30,445 nt of DNA from Trichodelitschia bisporula (Eukaryota): the NCBI GenBank assembly GCA_010356995.1, contig ML996708.1:434001-464445 (forward strand). Direction: 5' to 3'. Under the pieces are notes generated by a model, which did no database searches, was not told where the DNA came from, and was given only the letters and a program-made list of their open reading frames with translations. A program made the translations under genes and the position numbers. Every line of letters begins with the position of its first letter. The stretch's first letter is position 1. Below, in pieces: positions 11,011-19,228 of this stretch.

Positions 11011-11984
11011 ATGTCGAATCCCCGCCCCAGCGCCGGCCGCCGTGGTCCCTCCGGGGCCTGGAGCAGGCTCAAAGCCGCGCCCTCCGATCCCCTCCTAGCA
11101 TACGGCCTGCCCTCCAAAGGGGAGACGCGGTACCCGCACTCACCCTCCCATGCCACCCCGCCTAACACCGCAGGCTGAACGATCCCAAACTCCAGGAGAA
11201 CTTCTACAACAAGATCGTCGAGCGGTACATGAAGTTCTGCGCGGCGTCGGGCGGCGGCGACGAGCTGGATCGGCAATTCGCTGCGTTGACCCTAAGCCCG
11301 TCCTCGCTCCTCCCCCCTCCGCAACAGCCAACACCCACCGACTTCGTGCCTCGTCTCGATGCAACTCCTGCCCCGCTCCCTAATCCGCCTCCTTCTCCCG
11401 AGTTGCAGACCATCCTGGCGGCCATGCGCAAGCTGCGCGAGGCCATCCGGGCAACCAAGCGCACCGATGCGTTTGCCCAACGCGCATACGTATTCCTCAT
11501 CCGGGCGGCCATCCTGGCCCGCGCATGGGAGGCATACGCCCCGGCCCTGCTCTACCTACTGCAAGGCATCCACCCACGCACGCCGCTATCCGGGCCCGAG
11601 CTACGGGAGTTCGCAGTCTACTACCTGCTGGACCTGGCGTGCCGGCAAGGGGACCTGGGGAAGGCTTATGCGATCCGCATGCGCTATGGTCTCGGGGAGG
11701 GCCGCGTGGATGGCGTACTACGTGCGCTGGTGAGCGATGACTGGGTGCTGTTTTGGCGGATGCGGAAACGGGTGGATGGGTATCAGCGGTGTCTGATGGG
11801 GTGGGCGGAGGAGGGCGTGCGGTTGCATGCGCTCAAATGCCTGGGACGGACTTATTTCTCGGCGGAGAAGGGGTTCATTGAAAAGATGGTTGAGCGGGAT
11901 TGGGGGGCGCTGGTGACGAGTGGGGTTGGGTGGGAGCTGCAGGATGATGGTGTGGTGGTTATTCGGAGAGTGAGGGCGAGGTGA
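11011..11984 (+). CDS. Conserved fungal protein with probable PCI-like (CSN8/PSMD8/eIF3K, SAC3/THP3-related) helical domain
   Basis: Exons 11011-11129 and 11174-11984; intron gtaccc..ctaac..cag. Spliced YGLPSKGETRLNDPKLQENFYNKIVERYM, plus MRKLREAI and HALKCLGRTY motifs. Family assignment is from recall. Confidence 0.7.
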
Positions 11985-12782
11985 GGATTGTGAGGCGTGT
12001 TGCATGATATATCGGTGCATTTTAGGGAGTAGCATGTTTGCTGGATCGTGGATGGCGTACTTGGAGGCTTGGACGACTTCATGTCACTCAGAAGGAAACA
12101 GGATATGAATCTAGATGACATGGCACTGACCATAATGACTTTACTGCACATGTCAAATTCAAAGATGCCTACTGTTATTCCCGATCTCGAATCTCACCTC
12201 CTCTGCATTTCATCAGATCCCTTATCAAACCGTCCATAATCGCGCATTGCCAAAGGCTGACTCATCGACTACCTCTTCCCACCATATTGGTCTCAGCCTC
12301 GGAGAAAGGAGATAGTCTTCTCTATCAGCGCGCAGAATTTCACCCACCGCCGGTACGCACGGCGCTATTCAGGAGTTAGGATAACTCGGCCTCGTTCCCT
12401 GTCGATCTCGCCAGCGGATGAAGTATTCTAGAAAAAGTGCATGCCGCTCTTACAGTCTTTCAACCTGTCGCCACCGGCATCTACTTCCGCAGCCCCACGT
12501 CCCAACATCACAAGGCTGTCCCCCCTCCGCATGTCATGACCCCACACCCCGCCATCGCCGACCCCAGCAGCGCGCGCGCTGATGACACCGGCGCTAGGAA
12601 TTGCGCTGCGACTTCGGGGGTGCGGTTATAAGTACCGGCCCCTTGCGCAATGCAATCATGACTGATCTTCCATTGTCCTGTCTCCTTCTATCATCCCGTC
12701 TCATCGTGATATCGTCGAAAGCCCGCCCCTCAGCTACTGATACTCGCCACTTCGCCGAACGAGACCTAGAGAGAAAGAGACA

Positions 12783-14078
12783 ATGACGCGCATCCTCCTC
12801 ACCGGCGGCAGCGGCTTCATCGCCGCGCATGTGCTGGAAGAATTGCTGAAGCACGGGTATGTTGTCCCGGGTGTGTCTGCCCTCAATTCACCCACACCTT
12901 GCCCCGCCATCCACCGCCAGCGCATTCATACTAACCACCCCGCAGCCACTCCGTCGTCACCACGGTCCGCAATCCCAACAAAGCCGAGCGCATCCGCGAG
13001 GCGCATCCCGACGTGCCCAAGGAGCGCCTTGACTTCGCCATCGTACCCGACATTGCCATTGGCGGCGCATTCGACCAGGCGGTGGTGTCGGATCCGCCGT
13101 TCGAAGCTGTGGTGCGTGGGTTGAGATCAGGAGAAAGGATGCTGCTGACGGGAATAGATTCATACTGCAAGTCCGTTTCACTTCAAAGTGACGGATGTGA
13201 AGGCGGTAGGTTCGCTGGTGCACTGTGGGGGAATGTGCGCTCATGAATATAGCAATTGCTTGACCCCGCCATCATTGGCACGACGGGCTTGCTGCAGTCC
13301 GTCCGTAAGAATGCGCCCTCTGTCAAGCGAGTCGTAGGTCTGACGTCACATTCCCTTATAACTGCTAACGAACGAGGTTATCACATCCTCCTTTGCCGCC
13401 ATTCTAAATGGGCCAAAGGGCAATTGGCCAGAGAAGACTTATTCAGAAGAGGACTGGAACCCGATCACACTGGAGGAAGCGCTGCAAAATCCATCCAACG
13501 GCTATCGGGGTGCGTAACCATGACAGAGCACGAGCGATGGCATGCGCTAACTAGTAACAGCAAGCAAGACCTTCGCCGAAAAGGCGGCCTGGAATTTCAT
13601 AGAGCGAGCAAAGCCAAATTTCGATCTCGTCGTCATTAACCCGCCGCTGGTCCTCGGGCCCATCGTACACTATCTCAACTCACTCGATGCGCTGAACACG
13701 AGCAATGAGCGCGTGCGCAACTGCATCCAGGGTCAGTGGAAGGACGAGATCCCGGACACGGGCGTCTTCGCCTGGGTCGACGTGCGCGATCTAGCCGACA
13801 TACACGTCAAGGCCGTTGAGCTGCCCGAAGCGGGTGGGAAACGCTTCTTCGCCACGGCAGGCTTCTACAGCAACAAAGAGATTGCGGACATTGTTCGCAA
13901 TCACTTCCCGGAGTATAAGAATCTGCCTGGCCCGGATATCAAGGGCGGTGATTATCCTACCGAAGGCTTGTACAAGGTGGACAACTCGCGCGTGAAGAGC
14001 GTGCTAGGCACCAAGTTCACGTCGCTGGAAGACAGCATCGTGGACTTGGTGAAATCACTGCAGACGGTGGGGGCCTAG
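12783..14078 (+). CDS. NAD(P)-dependent epimerase/dehydratase-family ketoreductase (GRE2 / aldehyde reductase II-like)
   Basis: Exons 12783-12856, 12946-13111, 13158-13205, 13253-13333, 13377-13509 and 13561-14078. Motifs TGGSGFIA, VIHTASPF, VVITSSFAA, catalytic YRASK, INPPLVLGP and VDVRDLA. Confidence 0.92.
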
Positions 14079-14548
14079 GTAGAGACAGTTAGCGTTTGCT
14101 CAAGACGCGATGCTGAATCAGAGTAGAAGCAATGCAAATCAGACTGTTGAGCTTGAATAATTTTTGTAAAATCACGGCGCATCAGAAGTTATCGTTTGAA
14201 GTTGTGTTCATCAGGATGCAAGAAAGAGAGAGAAAAGGCATCAAACTTACATTTGATCGTTATCGCAGTGCATATGATGAATGCCACACTCCAGCGCTCA
14301 GCGCTGTGTGGTTGTTGTCGGTTGAAGAAGGGAAAAGTCCAGAGAGGTCCGGAAAAAACTTTGACTCAGGAGCCTTCGGACCGGAATAATATAACCTAAC
14401 GGTGCCCCACCAACCCCTCTCTGCACCTGCCCCTCGTCTCCAGCGCCTCCAAACCCTCGTACGCAACACCTTCGACCCGCAGTCCAACCAAAGCAAACTC
14501 CCTCGCATACCTCATCGCCCTTTTCGGCCATCCACATCTGCCAGCAAA

Positions 14549-15160
14549 ATGGGTAGGTCCCGCTATGCTGGTTCCCAAAAGGCTTCCCCGCTAACCCCAG
14601 ACAGCCAACTTCGACTTCACCGCCATCGCCAGTACGCACCCCTAACCCTCGCCCCATGATAAACGGATACTAAGCCATCATAGAGCAGTTCGTCGAGTTC
14701 TACTATCAGACCTTTGATAATGGCCGGGCGGGCCTTGCGCCGCTCTACGTATGCCACCCCGTTTGCGCATAGTCATCGGCTGACAATCTAGCGTGAAACC
14801 TCCATGTTGACTTTCGAAGGCAGTACGACTCAGGGTGGACAGAACATCATCGAGAAGCTTGCTGTAAGCGGCCCGACTGTGATACGTACGCTGCTCACCT
14901 GCCTAGGGCCTCCCTTTCCAGAAGGTCCAGCACCAGGTCTCGACGCTCGATGCGCAGCCGACCATTCTACCCGGAGGCATCGCGGTGATGGTGACGGGTG
15001 CACTTCTTGTAAGTTCTGCAGTGGGCTGTTCTGCAACACGAGCTGATGCCTCTAGACTGATGACGAGGCAAAGCCCCTGAGCTTCACCCAGATGTTCCAG
15101 CTGGTGCTCGACAACGGCACTTACTACGTCTACAATGACGTCTTCCGGCTGGTGTACTGA
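14549..15160 (+). CDS. NTF2: Nuclear transport factor 2
   Basis: Six coding exons: 14549-14552, 14605-14631, 14684-14748, 14792-14863, 14907-15008 and 15056-15160. Protein MANFDFTAIAKQFVEFYYQTFD..LAPLYRETSMLTFEG..IIEKLAGLPFQKVQHQVSTLDAQP..VTGALL..FTQMFQL..YYVYNDVFRLVY. Confidence 0.95.
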
Positions 15161-15930
15161 TGCGCGATCCGGACAGGCGTGCGGCGCAGTCGCGAGCCAG
15201 TCTTTCGCTTCTTGCTTCCAGACGGTTCAGGGCACATATCCATGGACATATGTACGCGATAGGGGCGGAGGGTTGGATGCTAGGACAGGTGTGAACGTGC
15301 GAGGCAGCCGAATTTGTGAAAAGAGGTGTGGTGCGTGGGGTATGAAACCTGTAGCCTGAATCGTGCGTCTGCGTTAAACACGGTCTGCGGCATGGTTTGC
15401 GGTCGTTAAACTGATGCCTACTGTCTATGTTTATGTGCGATCCCTTGATCCGATCCCCTTCCACGCAAGCAAATCCTGCTCGGCGTGGCTGTGCGACCGG
15501 CCCGTGAGTATTTTATTGGTTGGCGCCACTTCAGGGCTTGGCCCCGCGGGTCCGGCGCGACCCTGGCGCTGCTGGAAGTGCTCAGAAGACGCTCAGCCGC
15601 GCCTCAGGCAGCCGCTCACTCTAGACTTCGCCGGTTGCCGCAGCTACTTGAGACGTGGAAGTTGAGCCCTTACCACAGTATTCACCACACGCCTGTCACC
15701 CATCATCACGCACACGCCCGCCATATCCTCTCCATCTCACAGATTCTGCCAACGGGATTCCTTGTTGCCATTAGCTGCTGCGGATCTTGTTCGAGGAGCT
15801 TTGTTGCGCAACATTTGAGATTCCGAAGTTTACCACCCGCATTCCCGCTCCGACCGCTGCACCACCTACCCCCGAGGACCCTGATCTACCAACACCCCTG
15901 GGATACTGCTGTTTGCTTTGACGGTTCAAG

Positions 15931-16538
15931 ATGACGCTTGCTGAGGAGTTTCGCGCGCGGAATTGGAGTGAGTGATCTTGAGTGGTTGTCTTTTGAAGTG
16001 TGTTGCTGACCAGGCAGGTATCTACGGACAATGGTGCGTGGGGATGAGTGGAGGCAGACGAGCACACAAGCTGACGAGGGCAGGGCCGGCGTCGTGAGCA
16101 TGATACTGTGCTTTGCGCTAGGCATAGCGAACATATTCAACTTCACACGGCCGCTGTTGATCATCTTCAGTGGGATATGCCTGTGAGTTCCGGACGTAAG
16201 CGTGAGGCTGAGAACAAGTAGCTGATATCGTCAATAGTGCCTCGTCCTTCATCATCCTCTTCATCGAGGTGCCCTTCCTGCTGCGTATCTGCCCGACTAG
16301 CAGCAAGTTCGACGACTTCATCCGCAAGTTCTCGACAAACTACATGCGCGCCGCCGTGTACGCCGTCATGAGCCTTGTGCAATGGCTGTCGCTCATCATC
16401 CATGGGAGCAGCTTGATTGCGGCGGCGGTGGTGCTCCTCATCACGGCGGTGTTTTATGGCATTGCTGCGGCAAGGAAGGATGAGTTTATGAGCTCGAAGA
16501 CGTTGGGTGGACAGGGTGTTGCTCAGATGATTGTGTAG
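15931..16538 (+). CDS. TVP18: Golgi apparatus membrane protein TVP18 (calcium channel Flower family)
   Basis: Exons 15931-15967, 16018-16033, 16084-16182 and 16238-16538. Protein MTLAEEFRARNWSIYGQWAG..LCFALGIANIF..FIEVPFLLRICPTSSKFDDF..SKTLGGQGVAQMIV. Confidence 0.93.
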
Positions 16539-16879
16539 GGAGCGGAAGCGGGAGCGAGAGTGGACACGAAGAAAGAGTAGGGAGATCGAGGTTGGTCATG
16601 GTGCTCATCTTCTTGAATGGAGCTATTGTTCATGGCTGGTTGACAATTCGGGTTACGGGCGTTCTGGAATGGCAGCTTTGCGTGGGCGTATGAGTGCCAG
16701 TTTTTTTCTTTTCAGTCAGCACTTCCACGCGTGCAAGCCCTGGGATGCGCTGGATGCGGGTTTGCAAAAGGAGTGCGTTTCTTAGTGTGCACCTGGACAG
16801 TGCGGCTATGTGGCGGTAGTCTTCAGCCAGGCTTTCGCGTTCAGAACGCAAGGAGTGGCCGGTGACGATGCGAGCGAGC

Positions 16880-18200
16880 GGTTAATTCAAAAATTCAACG
16901 GCTGATGACGATGGAGCGCATGTTCACGTGGATGTCTGGGAGGCATTGGCAGCAGGCACGACGTTACTGTTTGGAGCTGAGGGGAGGGAACGCTGGACAC
17001 GGGATTCAACCCCTCGTCTGGACTCAGCGTCTGAATGCGGGGTGCATGTGCTGCGTGATGGTTCGCCCCTCGCTTGCCTTGCTTGCCGCGCGGGCTTGGC
17101 GATTGTGATGGTGGATGCTGGTTGCGTAGGGCTAAGGCGGGGTGGTAGAGTCTGGACTACCGGTAAGGAGAAGTAGGCCGAGGCGAGCAATGAGGGAAGA
17201 GTAGTTTGTCAGGTGCGGACATGGCCGCAATAGCACCATGACTGCTTACGGTATGTGCACGATGAGGTGAGAGCGGCCTAGCGAAAGCGGTTGCCGCTCG
17301 GCCCTTCGGGAGCACGTCTAACCCACAGCCGGTGAGACGGCAACGGCAACAGCGGGGAAGTGGAGAGGCTTTCTTGGCCGGAGAACGTGGAGGAACGAGT
17401 GATGGAAAGAAACTTTCTGATGGGTTGCTGGGCTGCACAATGTGTGGGCCTTGCAGACCGGCATGCTGGGACGTTCGCTGGGGATGATGCGCGCGCCTGC
17501 CCCGTGGGACGGCAAGGGCGTGAGGGGGCTGGTTGTCACGGGTTTTTGTGGGGATCATGTGGCGCGGAGGAGGGGAGGATGGGGTTAGAGGGGAGAGGAG
17601 CATCGTGAGGTGGACTGGCGGTGGGGAGGTGGGGGATGGGGGAGTGGTGGGTTTAACGGTATGGGGAGGTGGGATGGCGACTGATGGAGGCGGTGGAGAG
17701 GGGATCGGAGGGAGGGCCGTTTTGGTGCGGGGAGGAATGGTTTGCATGGTGGATTTTGTGGGGATACCGTACTGTTTGCTGGATGTTCTGCATTCGAAGC
17801 AAAGCAGGTGTTTTTGCGGATGACGGCTGTGGTTGCTCAGAGGGGCGCGGTGAGTGGTCTGTCTGGATCTTTCTTCCTTTCTTCCCTCAGCCGTGAAATC
17901 GAGATCGTCCGTCGGCAGGGCCGAATACGGCTGGATATGGGACTAGGGTTGGAAGAGGAGCCGAGCTCTTTTTTCGAGGATTTTGACTTCAAGCATCACG
18001 TACTCCTCCGCAAACGACGAGCCTCGATTCTTTTTCATGCCCCACCCTGGATCACTGGTGCCAGCTCGGCCTCTGGATGCATTTCGACTACGGCAGGGCG
18101 CGAGCAGGGCGTCGTACATGTAAACTGCTAACTGCTAACCACGAAGTGACAGCTGCTTCGCGGGTTCGGCAGAAGGACCTGAGCGTGCTGAGGTGCCATG
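16880..18200 (-). ncRNA. Candidate telomerase RNA (boundaries approximate)
   Basis: Long gap with no recognisable protein gene. Minus-strand template-like AACCCUAG at 17943-17950, preceded by an AAGAG/CUCUU hairpin (17953-17970). Multiple stems, and a perfect Sm site AAUUUUUGA at 16887-16895. The neighbourhood matches my recollection of Aspergillus TER synteny (NTF2, TVP18, inositol monophosphatase). Pseudoknot and CR4/5 not securely identified. Confidence 0.55.
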
Positions 18201-18769
18201 ATGCTAGTGGGACAGGATCAGTTGCGTCCTTGCTCTCTTTTTCGGCGTCTCATTAATAGCGCATGTAGCGGTATATTCGGTACAGTAGCGGTATGGCGGG
18301 TCCATCTTCTAGTGGAATGGCGGCCTCTCTTTTTGCTTTGCATTCTCTCCATCATCCCAGTTGCCCCCCCCCCTCGTCTCTCATCCCCGTAAATGCCGTG
18401 TCCCTTGATCACATCACTATCCAACAGGCTCCCTCCCCCGTGGCCCCCCCTGTTTTTTAGTGGGTGGCCACTGGAGGAGACACAACTGGGCAGCGAAGTG
18501 GCAGGTCCAGTCGCCGGGTCACGACTTCACTCTTGTCCGCCCTTAAAGCGGCGCTGACGCGCACTGCCACACAGGCGACTCCTTCTGCTTAGGATTTTTC
18601 GTACTCTCCCAATCCGAACATTCCAGCAATTAACGAACACATTGAATTGCTTCTGCTGTCATAACCTCGCCTCTCCCATCTTCATCCTCTCTACATCTCT
18701 TTGTTCCGGCTTCGCAACCGTAACCGCAGACAGTCAACAATAACCCTTGTCTATTGTGCTCAACGTACA

Positions 18770-19112
18770 GTAAGTACTCGCAGCCATTGCATCATCAGCA
18801 AACGTCGGCTTCACTCGACCCCTCCATCTGCCACTTTGCTGCTCCACGTCTCTGATCACACTTCTCTGATCACACTTCCCCCCCATTCCGCTCCCTTCCC
18901 CTCGCATTCCACCTGTTCCCTATATTCAACAGATTCATTCTCCTCGTTTTCTCTCCGCAAGTGGCTTTCCCCTGCATCCGCATGTCAGCTTTTGGTTGGA
19001 GCCTCCGCAAGCTGCAGCTCTTATCAAGCCCAGACACGAATCCCGGGATCGATCTTGCACTCCTGCAGACCGCCCTCCAATTCAGCCTGACGCTGACAAG
19101 ATTGTTTTAAAG
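18770..19112 (+). other. Probable 5'-UTR intron of the AIM21-like gene
   Basis: GTAAGT donor at 18770 downstream of a CT-rich tract (about 18666-18705), GCTGAC branch point at 19092-19097, pyrimidine tract and AAG acceptor at 19110-19112, 116 nt before the ATG. Confidence 0.45.
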
Positions 19113-19228
19113 ATCGAAACTCTCTCCCTCAAAACCCGGGTCGTAATCGTCCAGAGAGCAAGCTCTCCCTCAAATCACACATTTCGTACCACCACTTAGG
19201 CGCATTGTTCACCAAACCCACCCCCATC

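Noticed and set aside
4835..14078. Secondary-metabolite cluster suggested by the TRI12-like transporter and the ketoreductase
   Set aside because: No PKS, NRPS, terpene synthase, P450 or pathway transcription factor in the window; the recognisable flanking genes are housekeeping.
14274..14340. ATGATGA C-box-like motif (C/D snoRNA?)
   Set aside because: No CTGA D box at a suitable distance downstream.
14640..14649. CCCTAACCCT, a 10-nt telomere-template-like match
   Set aside because: It lies inside the 52-nt second intron of NTF2, leaving no room for a telomerase RNA. The similar CTAACCCT at 27361 is simply the LSC2 branch point.
17318..18747. Plus-strand alternative templates CTAACCC (17318) and TAACCCT (18741)
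   Set aside because: Each is only 7 nt, there is no perfect plus-strand Sm site downstream, and 18741 falls in the probable AIM21 5' leader. The minus-strand model explains more features, although the strand is not proven.
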